Positions 16,837-25,367 of a DNA stretch of 45,018 nt are shown piece by piece. Source of the stretch: Methanomassiliicoccales archaeon (lineage in GTDB: Archaea; Thermoplasmatota; Thermoplasmata; GCA-020350865); assembly GCA_020347705.1 (NCBI GenBank), contig CP070739.1, positions 2,446,834 to 2,491,851 of the forward strand, given 5' to 3'. Numbering within the stretch: the first letter of the stretch is position 1; each line of letters begins with the position of its first letter. A model generated the notes under the pieces. The model was not told the DNA's origin. It searched no databases and saw only the letters and a program-made list of their open reading frames with translations. The position numbers and the translations under genes were made by a program.

Positions 16837-19800
16837 ATGGCTTACTGGCCAAAACAGAGATCCTCAAGCATTCCCGAGGGAAGAAACGGTCCGTCAATTA
16901 TTATATTGGGCTTAATCTTCTTGCTTCTTATAGGCTGCTTGCATATATTCGATGGAGAAGTGATACAAATAGAGCGGGAATCTGAAAACCGAAACGACTT
17001 TCGCCTCGATCCGAGAGAAAACGATATTCAACTTCCTGATTCCCAAAAAATGAAAACAACAACAAGGTCACAACCAGAATACTATGATCTAATAAGCTAC
17101 GATGACGTGCTCGTCATAAGAAACCTCAATTCGCCCATTTCCATGCAGATCGCTGATTACTTTCAGGCCGCAAGGAATATCTCGAACTCGCATATATGCA
17201 ATATTTCCACCCTAACCATTGAGGTCGTAAGCCGTACCGTATTCGAAAACGAGATAAGAGGGCCTATAGAGGATTTCATAGTCAACAATGGGCTTCTCGG
17301 CCAGATCAACTACATCGTTACAACAAAGGGTGTGCCCCTTAGGGTTTTACAAGATGCAAATGCCTGGGATACCGCCAGTGTGGATTCCGAGCTCACCATG
17401 ATTCTAGGCCCTTATCAATCAGGTATCGGTCAACCATTCTATGTAAATAATCCTTACTTCGATCCTCCCACTTATCAAGAATTTTCATGGTCCTTATACG
17501 GTATCTTCCTGGTCACTAGGTTCACGGGCTATGATTGGGACGACATAAAACCGTTGATAGATAAACCAGAGATGAGCATCGGAAGAAAGGGAACGTTCGT
17601 ATTGGATGTGGATCCAAGAAAGGACGGAGGCGGTTACGAGGTTGGCAATACCTGGATGAGGGATGCTAACGTAAGCCTCACAGCAAAGGGATTCGACGTC
17701 GTTCTCGATGAAACGAACACATTCTTAACGGGTAATGAAAATGTCTCGGGCTACTGCAGCTGGGGCAGCAACGATGGAAGCTGGAATTATGGAGTAAATC
17801 AGAATTACGGGTTTGAGACCGACAGCAATGGTGACGACCTTCCGGATAACTGGCTCTTGGAGAGGGATTTCGGAAACGATGACATCGACAGGAACAATAC
17901 CAGAAAGATTGGGTCGTGGTCCCTGAGAATCAACAGGAGTGTGGTAAATACCAACTACTCGGCCGCCAGCCAGAATGTGACCATAAAACCTGGTGTGCGA
18001 TATTTTCTAAAAGGGCAGGTTAATTTTTCATCATGTTCCGGAGGAAAGGGTGCACATCTTCGTATTGAGGCGTACAATGGTCTTGATCTGCTCGTCTGGG
18101 AAAAGAACGGGAATCCTAGAACAAGTCCTCCAGACCTATGGCGCTCCCTAAATCAGGTCATTTACGAACCCATCGACGGCGTGACAAAGCTCTGCGTGTC
18201 CGTGATTTTTTCTGAAGCAAGCGGCGAAGGTTATTTCGATGATGTTCGATTGGTTGAAATAAAACCGGACAACACCTGGATTCCTGGGGCCATTGTCGAA
18301 ACGTATGTATCTACAGGGGGAAGGAGCTTTACTTACGGAACACAATACGGTCAATCCCTGGTTGCGGATCTCATCATGGATGGCGTTACAGGTACGAAGG
18401 GCTATGTCTACGAACCCTTCCTCGATGCCTGTGCACACCCTGACATATATTTGGACGCTTATACAGACGGTTTTAAGCTGGCTGAAAGCTATTATATGGC
18501 CTCGGTATGGATTGGCTGGATGGATGTAGTAATAGGAGATCCAAAGCTCGAGCCTTACGATTCCGACATCATCCCAGATTTGGAAATCGTTTCCCAGAAC
18601 ATCTCCTTTTCAGAAGAAATGCCGGGAGAGGGCGATTCCATCGATATCACGGCCACCTTCGAAAACCGTGGACCTGTACGAGTATCTAATATCACCGTAG
18701 AGTTTTGGGCAGGCGACCCAGGAAGCGGATCTCTATTGGGCTCGAAGATCGTTGATGTTGAGGGCTTCGACTCGAATTCGACCTCGATTGTCTGGGACAC
18801 GGGCGGCTATGGAGGTTTTCACAATATCACCGTGTTTCTCGATGCAAAGGATATCTATTTTGAGTTGAGCGAGAGCAACAATATCGCCAATCGGAGTATT
18901 GCCGTGCACACGGGCCCTCCTACTGCTGATGCTGGGAAAGATGATAGCGTAAACGAGGATTCTCAGTATACTTTCAACGCTTCCGCCTCCACAGACAACA
19001 CAAGCATTGAAAATTACACCTGGGACTTCGGTGACGGGAGCTTGGGATACGGTGAATATCCAACCCACACCTATACACTCAATGATACATATGAGGTAGT
19101 TCTTAACGTGACAAACGTCTTCGGTTTTTGGGATCAGGACACCATGAATATTTCCGTCAATAACGTAATACCCACGGCCGATGCAGGCGAGGATGAATCA
19201 GGTATCGAGGGACAACCCCTTACCTTCAACGCTTCGGGATCATGGGACACGCCTTCGGATATCGATACACTCAATTATACATGGTATTTTGGGGATGGAA
19301 ACATTGGATTTGGAATGGAAGTCACATATGCATTCCAGGACAACGGGACTTATAACGTCACACTGGAGGTGAGGGACGATGACGGTGCCAAAAGAAACGA
19401 CACACTGAATGTGACATTGAGCAATTCTGATCCGCAAATAACGCAGTTATCATCCCAGATATCGCAGGAAGATTCCATATTCACCATCCAGATTTATGCT
19501 ACAGATGTCAGCGGCGATACCATCACCTTTTTTGACAACTCGACGCTGTTTACCATCGATCCCGTTTCAGGTGAGATATCGTTTACTCCACAGAACGAGG
19601 ATGTGGGAGATCATTTGATAAATATCACAGCTTTCGATGAGGACGGAGGCGAAGGCTACATGGAATTTTTATTGACGGTTGAAAACACGAACGATCCCCC
19701 CCATATCGTATCGACACCTATTACCGACGCCACCGAAGAGACGCTTTATCAATATCAGGTCGTGGTCGAGGACGATGATCTGTTGGTGTCAGAATATGAG

Positions 19801-21288
19801 GTGATAACCTATTCCCTCGATTCTGCACCCTCGGGCATGGAAATCGACTCCATGGGTATAATCAATTGGACACCAAACGATCTTCAGGCATCATATACGT
19901 TCAATGTTATTGTCAATGTATCGGATGGCGAGGAATTCGATTTACAGATCTTCGATATCGATGTAACCAACTTAAACGATGAACCCGAGATAGTCTCCAC
20001 ACCCGTCACATCTGCTCTCGAGGATCATCAGTATACCTACGACGTCAACGCAAACGACGTGGACCAGGGAGATGTGCTAACGTACAAACTCGATATTGCA
20101 CCCCAAGGTATGACCATCAATGAAGAAAGCGGTGTAATCTCGTGGCTTCCAACAAATGATGATGTCGGAGAGAACAGAGTGAGAGTCAATGTTAGCGATG
20201 TTGCAGGCTATTATCATACACAAGAATTTACCCTCATCGTCACCAATACCAATGATAAGCCTTTTTTGGAACCAATAGGTGAATTGGTTGCAACAGAGGA
20301 TCAGCTGTTTGAATATCAGGTTGTGGCAACTGATGTGGATTCGGGTGATGTGCTGAGTTTCTATGATGATTCAGGATTATTTCAGATAGACAAAGACACC
20401 GGTATAATATTCTTTACACCTTCCAACGATGATGTGGGAACCCACACTGTGAAAGTTACAGTAAAGGATGAAGATGGTGCCATGGCCAACGAAACCGTAA
20501 CCTTCAAGGTCTTAAATGCAAACGATCCGCCTGTCCTGGATTTCATCAGCAATTGGCAGGCAACAGAAGATAAGGAGTTCACATTGACCATCACGGCCGA
20601 CGACATTGATGCAGATGATTCAATGACATTCTCTGATAACACAACATTATTTGATATCGACCCGAACACAGGTGAGATAACATTTACTCCGAAAAATGAA
20701 GATGTGGGAGTGCATTTGGTCAATATCTCGGTTGTGGATGAAAATGGGTTAATAGATTTTCAAGAAGTTACTTTCATAATAGAGAATACAAACGATCCAC
20801 CCTCAATAGACCGAGAAGGCGCTCCAGATGCGACCGTTGATTTTGAGTTGTCCACAGGAGGGACTTTCACATACAAAATCAATGTAGAGGACGTAGACAC
20901 GGGCGATACTTTGACTTTCAGTGATGATACAGACCTGTTCGATATAGATCCAAATACCGGAGAGATTTCATTTACACCAACTAAAGATGATGTTGGAACC
21001 CATACAGTCACTATAACCGTTACCGATAGCGAGGGAGATACCGATTCCCTGATCATGACATTCGAGGTGGTTGGCGAAAAGGAGGAGGGAGTCGATTTAA
21101 TATGGTTGATGTTGTCGATATTAGTGGTAATAATTGTCATTGTTATTCTGTACTTTGGATGGAAAAGGAAAAGAGCTACATCCAATGAGGAGGTCATGGT
21201 AGTGGAAGAATCACCCGATAAGGTGAATGAAATACCAAAACCAGCGGACTTGCCCCCTCCACCCCCGCCGCCTCCTCCCCCTCCATAA
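16837..21288 (+). CDS. Giant surface adhesin-like protein: TM/signal + TIGR03790-like domain with inserted CBM-like module + CARDB + 2 PKD + 6 cadherin-like repeats + TM + poly-Pro tail
   Basis: TIGR03790-like motifs: VLVIRNLNSP...TTKGVPLRV...ASVDSEL...VTRFTG...GDPKLEP. CARDB: GDSIDITATFENRGPV...ESNNIA. PKD: WDFGDGS and WYFGDGN. The six repeats each end in xNDxP. TM: LIWLMLSILVVIIVIVILYFGW. An AAGGAGAG RBS is present. Confidence 0.85.
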   Translation: MAYWPKQRSSSIPEGRNGPSIIILGLIFLLLIGCLHIFDGEVIQIERESENRNDFRLDPRENDIQLPDSQKMKTTTRSQPEYYDLISYDDVLVIRNLNSPISMQIADYFQAARNISNSHICNISTLTIEVVSRTVFENEIRGPIEDFIVNNGLLGQINYIVTTKGVPLRVLQDANAWDTASVDSELTMILGPYQSGIGQPFYVNNPYFDPPTYQEFSWSLYGIFLVTRFTGYDWDDIKPLIDKPEMSIGRKGTFVLDVDPRKDGGGYEVGNTWMRDANVSLTAKGFDVVLDETNTFLTGNENVSGYCSWGSNDGSWNYGVNQNYGFETDSNGDDLPDNWLLERDFGNDDIDRNNTRKIGSWSLRINRSVVNTNYSAASQNVTIKPGVRYFLKGQVNFSSCSGGKGAHLRIEAYNGLDLLVWEKNGNPRTSPPDLWRSLNQVIYEPIDGVTKLCVSVIFSEASGEGYFDDVRLVEIKPDNTWIPGAIVETYVSTGGRSFTYGTQYGQSLVADLIMDGVTGTKGYVYEPFLDACAHPDIYLDAYTDGFKLAESYYMASVWIGWMDVVIGDPKLEPYDSDIIPDLEIVSQNISFSEEMPGEGDSIDITATFENRGPVRVSNITVEFWAGDPGSGSLLGSKIVDVEGFDSNSTSIVWDTGGYGGFHNITVFLDAKDIYFELSESNNIANRSIAVHTGPPTADAGKDDSVNEDSQYTFNASASTDNTSIENYTWDFGDGSLGYGEYPTHTYTLNDTYEVVLNVTNVFGFWDQDTMNISVNNVIPTADAGEDESGIEGQPLTFNASGSWDTPSDIDTLNYTWYFGDGNIGFGMEVTYAFQDNGTYNVTLEVRDDDGAKRNDTLNVTLSNSDPQITQLSSQISQEDSIFTIQIYATDVSGDTITFFDNSTLFTIDPVSGEISFTPQNEDVGDHLINITAFDEDGGEGYMEFLLTVENTNDPPHIVSTPITDATEETLYQYQVVVEDDDLLVSEYEVITYSLDSAPSGMEIDSMGIINWTPNDLQASYTFNVIVNVSDGEEFDLQIFDIDVTNLNDEPEIVSTPVTSALEDHQYTYDVNANDVDQGDVLTYKLDIAPQGMTINEESGVISWLPTNDDVGENRVRVNVSDVAGYYHTQEFTLIVTNTNDKPFLEPIGELVATEDQLFEYQVVATDVDSGDVLSFYDDSGLFQIDKDTGIIFFTPSNDDVGTHTVKVTVKDEDGAMANETVTFKVLNANDPPVLDFISNWQATEDKEFTLTITADDIDADDSMTFSDNTTLFDIDPNTGEITFTPKNEDVGVHLVNISVVDENGLIDFQEVTFIIENTNDPPSIDREGAPDATVDFELSTGGTFTYKINVEDVDTGDTLTFSDDTDLFDIDPNTGEISFTPTKDDVGTHTVTITVTDSEGDTDSLIMTFEVVGEKEEGVDLIWLMLSILVVIIVIVILYFGWKRKRATSNEEVMVVEESPDKVNEIPKPADLPPPPPPPPPPP
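19423..21075 (+). repeat. Six tandem ~92-aa cadherin-like (dystroglycan-type/He_PIG-like) domain repeats inside the adhesin gene
   Basis: A recurring pattern is NDxPxI...ATEDxxFxYQVxAxDVDxGDxLTFxDxxxLFxIDPxTGEIxFTPxNxDVGxHxVxIxVxDxxG...FxVxN. The repeats are diverged at the DNA level. Confidence 0.7.
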
Positions 21289-21299
21289 TATTTATCTTT

Positions 21300-22469
21300 T
21301 TATTTCACTACATCGATAGCGTGTATCTCTAGTGTATCTTGGAAATTAAATCCATACATCAGAGGATTCTCATATATCAGTGCGGGTTTTGCATCGGCAG
21401 GTAATCCACCCATATACAAAGAACCCGCAGGGTCTGCAGCGAGCCATGAGTTACCTTCATCCTTAAAGATGACATAGTTCGATTCCGTGCCATAATAATT
21501 ATCGATGGCCTCTAGAATCTCATTTATTTCGGTTCCGTTGCCGATGTAAAGCGCAGGAAAGGCATGGCTTTTTGTGAGATAGACCCGTGTGGTCCCGCCA
21601 ATGGCCCCCACCATAGAGGAAAAGAGTATGGAAAAATCCTCACAATCCCCACCGCCTTTGTTCAGGGTATCTTGGCAGTATGCCCAGTAATCTCTTCCCG
21701 CAGGATCCGAAATATATGTGAGATTGTTCACAATGAAATCGAATATGGCCAACACCTGATAGATATTGTAATCACCCTCGTAGGCAGCTGTTATGTTGGA
21801 GACAAGGTTTTGAACCTCAACGGCTTCAAAATCCACCTTTTCATTGAGTTTATCCTGGTAATATTTGTAGTTATTTGTCAACTTGATATCATCCTTACCT
21901 TTCAATGGATGTACAAAAAATATTTTCTCTGACCCAAGGACGGTACCGTTGTCGTACCAGCTTTCTATGTTGTGTTTCGAATACAGTCCATTGTCCATTA
22001 CAAGGAGCGATATCAGGACTTGATACGTATAATTTCCAGTGGTGTTAGGTGCGTTAAAATAGACCAGTCCAAGATGTTTTTCCTCCCCGACACGGATCAA
22101 GACATTCCGCTCCTCGTAGATCCATTCTGAAGGAGTTGACCAGTTCACTACAATACCGCTTCTGTAGACGAATATGTCGTTCGAACCGGTATTTTCGATG
22201 CTGATTCTGATGAAACCTCCCCAGAACGCATACACATCCCCCATGGCCCAGTTAATTTTGTATTTGAAACCAGGAGGAAGTTGTGATTCGTTCACAGGAG
22301 GTTTATCAGGCATAGAATGGGGTGGGTAGGACGGCACCTGAGGTGCAACCAGATCTTCTTCCTTGAATTCCTCTCCATGATCCTCTTCATCTGAAAACCA
22401 AGTGCAACCCGATAAAGTTTGAAACAAAAACAGTCCCAATATCAGAACAATAAAAAATCTTCGTCTCAT
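21300..22469 (-). CDS. Transglutaminase-like (Cys-His-Asp) lipoprotein
   Basis: A signal peptide with lipobox L-S-G-C (FQTLSGCTW) is present. The transglutaminase core reads GGGDCEDFSILFSSMVGAIG ... KSHAF ... AADPAG. Confidence 0.7.
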   Translation of the reverse strand: MRRRFFIVLILGLFLFQTLSGCTWFSDEEDHGEEFKEEDLVAPQVPSYPPHSMPDKPPVNESQLPPGFKYKINWAMGDVYAFWGGFIRISIENTGSNDIFVYRSGIVVNWSTPSEWIYEERNVLIRVGEEKHLGLVYFNAPNTTGNYTYQVLISLLVMDNGLYSKHNIESWYDNGTVLGSEKIFFVHPLKGKDDIKLTNNYKYYQDKLNEKVDFEAVEVQNLVSNITAAYEGDYNIYQVLAIFDFIVNNLTYISDPAGRDYWAYCQDTLNKGGGDCEDFSILFSSMVGAIGGTTRVYLTKSHAFPALYIGNGTEINEILEAIDNYYGTESNYVIFKDEGNSWLAADPAGSLYMGGLPADAKPALIYENPLMYGFNFQDTLEIHAIDVVK

Positions 22470-22603
22470 ATGATCTTCGAGCGGAGAATATGTGGGTTTT
22501 ATTAAATAAAAGTTTTCATGAGGTTATCATGAATTATCCTTGTAAAAGAAAATATAATCCCACTTGCCTTCCAATAAAATGAATAAAAAGAATTATGCAA
22601 AAA

Positions 22604-22613
22604 ATATTTAAAA
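22604..22613 (+). promoter_or_regulatory. BRE/TATA-like box for the candidate ncRNA
   Basis: gcaaaaaATATTTAAAAgcc. The box centre lies ~27 nt upstream of G22636, the first base of the terminal helix. Confidence 0.3.
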
Positions 22614-22635
22614 GCCTATGGTCATACTTTTATTT

Positions 22636-22790
22636 GAGAGGAGTAGCGTAGTAAGGCCATTCGGTGTTTGGCACGCTTACTCAGAAAGCTGTGCTCCGAA
22701 ATTACAAATATTAAATGGCAGCGCGTCAGGAAGAATATCCTGTGTCCATTAGTACAGGGGAATTGCCTGCTCCTCTCACCTGAACTTTTG
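22636..22790 (+). ncRNA. Candidate structured non-coding RNA of unknown class
   Basis: An 11-bp terminal helix GAGAGGAGUAG (22636-46) / CUGCUCCUCUC (22767-77) encloses a bulged hairpin (22651-22680), an A-rich single-stranded stretch and a GGCAG/UUGCC domain (22717-22767). That domain contains mutually exclusive CAGG/CCUG/CAGG hairpins. T-rich tracts follow the helix. The only ORF here (minus strand, 74 aa) looks like noise. Confidence 0.3.
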
Positions 22791-22905
22791 ATCTTTGATT
22801 GATTACCTAATCGTTCTTGGATACTCACGACTACTAGCTCGATCATAGTCCAATTTCAAGGATAAATATCTGCATTAATAAACGTCGCCAGTAAATAAAA
22901 GGAGC

Positions 22906-23445
22906 TTATTCTTTTATGATCTCCAAACTCAAGGTTTCAAAGGCTTTGTTGACATTCTCTCCTGTCTTGGCGCTTGAGGAGAAGACAGCAGATTTTTCGT
23001 ATTTGGCGGCGAATTCACCGAATTCATCCAATGTGAACTGGGCTTTGTTCTCAAGATCGGATTTATTGGCAAGGAATATAATAGGCACCTTGCCCGTGAC
23101 ATTGAAGGCCGACTCAATCCAACCGTCGAGTTCCTCCATGGTTTCTTTATTAGTAATATCACAAACCGCTATCAATCCCTGAGCTCCGTAGAAATATGCC
23201 TCCTGGAGTAACTCCCTGAATCCCTTCTGACCCATGATGTCCCATATCAGTATTGTCACATTTACTTTATCTCCCTTGGAAGGATGTTTGATTGTGACCT
23301 CCTTTTTAGTTATCTTGGTGCCTAATGTTGTGATATATTTGCCATCGAATGCATCGAAAACGAATCTTTTAATTAGACTGGTTTTTCCAACTGCTCCTTC
23401 ACCCACCAGGCAAATCTTCAACTTGATAATTTTGCTATCGGGCAT
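22906..23445 (-). CDS. Ras-superfamily small GTPase (Rab/Rup-like), 179 aa
   Basis: All five G boxes are present: G1 GEGAVGKT, G2 TTLGT, G3 WDIMGQ, G4 NKSD, G5 SAKTG. ATG 23445 is preceded by AAAGGAGGGGAG. There is no C-terminal Cys prenylation motif. Confidence 0.88.
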   Translation of the reverse strand: MPDSKIIKLKICLVGEGAVGKTSLIKRFVFDAFDGKYITTLGTKITKKEVTIKHPSKGDKVNVTILIWDIMGQKGFRELLQEAYFYGAQGLIAVCDITNKETMEELDGWIESAFNVTGKVPIIFLANKSDLENKAQFTLDEFGEFAAKYEKSAVFSSSAKTGENVNKAFETLSLEIIKE

Positions 23446-23745
23446 TTTCTCCCCTCCTTTCGGGACTTGGAAATTCCAATTTATGACACAATGATGTAAT
23501 GCTCTCATCATTAATAAAACCTTTCAACCACGAGATTATTTTACATATTTATGCTCACACCCTTTATAATAAATAGATATATTAGTTGAAAATATTCCAA
23601 AAGGGGAATATATGGCCTTTTTTATCTGGTCTGGCGTGTAACAGAGCATCTGTAAAATCACACCACAATCTATTTAGATGAGTGAAACATTTTAGTTTAC
23701 AGGAAGTCGGAAACTAATACTATCTCTTCAAAAGGAGATGATAAC

Positions 23746-24960
23746 TTGCCTGAGAATGGGGAAGAAAATGAAATGACTGAAAGCACCCAAAATAAGACCG
23801 ATAAATTAAGTGCAGAGCAGGCCATCAAGGCTTATATTGGGACATATATCGATTCATACATGGATTATGTGGAGGAGTTGAACCTTAATGAAGCGGATTT
23901 CCCCCTGTTCTATACCTATTATCCATTTGTCGTCAGAGGGTATATATTACCGGATAATTCAACTTGTATCCTTTTTGAAGGACTTGCATCTTCCGCTGAC
24001 ATAATCGTAGAGAAAGCGGACTTCAATTCAGTTGATTCCGAGATTACCAAAAGGAAATTCGATCACATCTGTTGCTACCCTCCTTCCCATCTATACACGA
24101 AGGAGGAGGCTCGATTCCAGGCGAGAAAGGATGTAGATCAAGATGTCGAAAACGCCAGGGCCCTGGGCCGTGAAAAGACGGAGTTTGCGAAACGAGATGA
24201 GACACTCAAATCCATCAAACTATTAAATGTTACGATACCGTGGATTGGCACCAGAAAAACTGAACAAGGTACTTTACGTTCTCCACCCAAAACCGAGGCA
24301 ACAAAATTCACTTTTGAGGAGTTAAAAATAAAAGAAAACGAGGATTTTTCCAGCTACTCAGAAAGGGTAAAGAATTTAGAGACGGCCATTTTTACTCCCT
24401 CAAAAAAAGAGTCAGTACCCGCCGCAGGAAAAGCGGCGTTAACTCCGAGTACACCCCTTTCCCCTCCGCCCGTGGTGCCGCAAGGGGCCAATATCAGTAT
24501 CGAAATCAAACAGCCAGAGGCACCTGTAAAGGAGGAAAAATACGACGAGAAAAAAGATCTTGATATCCTCCGCCTGAAAAAGACCCTTTACATTCAAACC
24601 ACCGACATCGAAGACCTCAGGCGAAGGGTAATGGAACTTACCAACAAGTTCGGAAATATCGAGCAGATGAGGCAAACGGTCTTCAGGATGAACAGGAAAG
24701 TGTACGACATGGATGCGCGCATGAGCAACGTGGAAAAGACCAACAGGGATACGATGAAAAAAGTGGCAGAGATGCGTGCAGAGCAGAGGGAAGAAAATAA
24801 AAAGATGAGGCGTTTCATAACCGAGAAAGCTAAAAAATCTCGAAACCAGGCCATGATGGTTGGTTTTGTGGCAATTGCTATCTCACTGGTCACCCTATTT
24901 TTCGGCCTGCCTTTGATCGTGGAATATTGGGATGTTGTGAGTAATTTTTTCGGTTTTTGA
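23746..24960 (+). CDS. Tail-anchored coiled-coil protein, function unknown
   Basis: The protein has an N-terminal ~130-aa globular part and a Pro-rich linker (PSTPLSPPPVVP). A ~100-aa heptad region is followed by a basic juxtamembrane KAKKSRNQ and a single TM (AMMVGFVAIAISLVTLFFGLPLIV) 15 aa from the C-terminus. The TTG start is preceded by AAGGAGA. Confidence 0.6.
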   Translation: MPENGEENEMTESTQNKTDKLSAEQAIKAYIGTYIDSYMDYVEELNLNEADFPLFYTYYPFVVRGYILPDNSTCILFEGLASSADIIVEKADFNSVDSEITKRKFDHICCYPPSHLYTKEEARFQARKDVDQDVENARALGREKTEFAKRDETLKSIKLLNVTIPWIGTRKTEQGTLRSPPKTEATKFTFEELKIKENEDFSSYSERVKNLETAIFTPSKKESVPAAGKAALTPSTPLSPPPVVPQGANISIEIKQPEAPVKEEKYDEKKDLDILRLKKTLYIQTTDIEDLRRRVMELTNKFGNIEQMRQTVFRMNRKVYDMDARMSNVEKTNRDTMKKVAEMRAEQREENKKMRRFITEKAKKSRNQAMMVGFVAIAISLVTLFFGLPLIVEYWDVVSNFFGF

Positions 24961-24962
24961 GT

Positions 24963-25235
24963 TTATTTTTCTTTTTTCGTCCATTCCAATGCAACACCGC
25001 AGCCAGAGCAGTAGTTTGCCGCCACTTTCAATTCCTCGTTGCATTTGGGACATCTATAGATTATACTCTTACCCTTTTTGGAAAGCTCCGCCAGCTCCTC
25101 CTCTCCTAGAATTTCGTCCAGCAGATAGCGACCTACGATCACTCCTCCTATAAATCCCACCACCGCGTAGCCTGCAGCCTCAGGGTTCGCATCCTTTTTC
25201 TTTTCCATTTTTAGCACCGAATGTTCTATATTCAA
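24963..25235 (-). CDS. Small membrane protein with C-terminal zinc ribbon
   Basis: A TM segment (GYAVVGFIGGVIVGRYLL) and CPKC...CSGC are present. The start is ambiguous (M1 or M10). Confidence 0.5.
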   Translation of the reverse strand: MNIEHSVLKMEKKKDANPEAAGYAVVGFIGGVIVGRYLLDEILGEEELAELSKKGKSIIYRCPKCNEELKVAANYCSGCGVALEWTKKEK

Positions 25236-25367
25236 ATAACCTCACCAATATAAATCATTGTCGCCTATTGTAGGCATAACCCCCAATTTGCCGGAGAAAA
25301 ACCTAAAAGAGAAAGCTTATATGGTATAACTTAAATAACATCCAAAACCCCCAAAGGAGGGACAAAA

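Noticed and set aside
22636-22777. Identity of the structured element as 5S rRNA, an intron-containing tRNA, SRP RNA or RNase P RNA
   Set aside because: An unlinked 5S gene would be plausible in a Thermoplasmata-like genome, but the conserved CCGAAC / GUUAAG loop motifs and helix II-III proportions are absent. The 11-bp closing helix and the lack of D/T-arm consensus and CCA context argue against tRNA. The universal SRP helix-8 motif (GGAAG..AGCA) and RNase P CR-I/CR-V motifs are not present.
23746-24960. Homology of the tail-anchored coiled-coil protein to SNAREs
   Set aside because: When the heptads are aligned by eye with syntaxin, the position of the polar zero-layer Q/R is a hydrophobic Val here. 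No Habc-like or longin-like N-domain is recognisable. Only the topology is similar.
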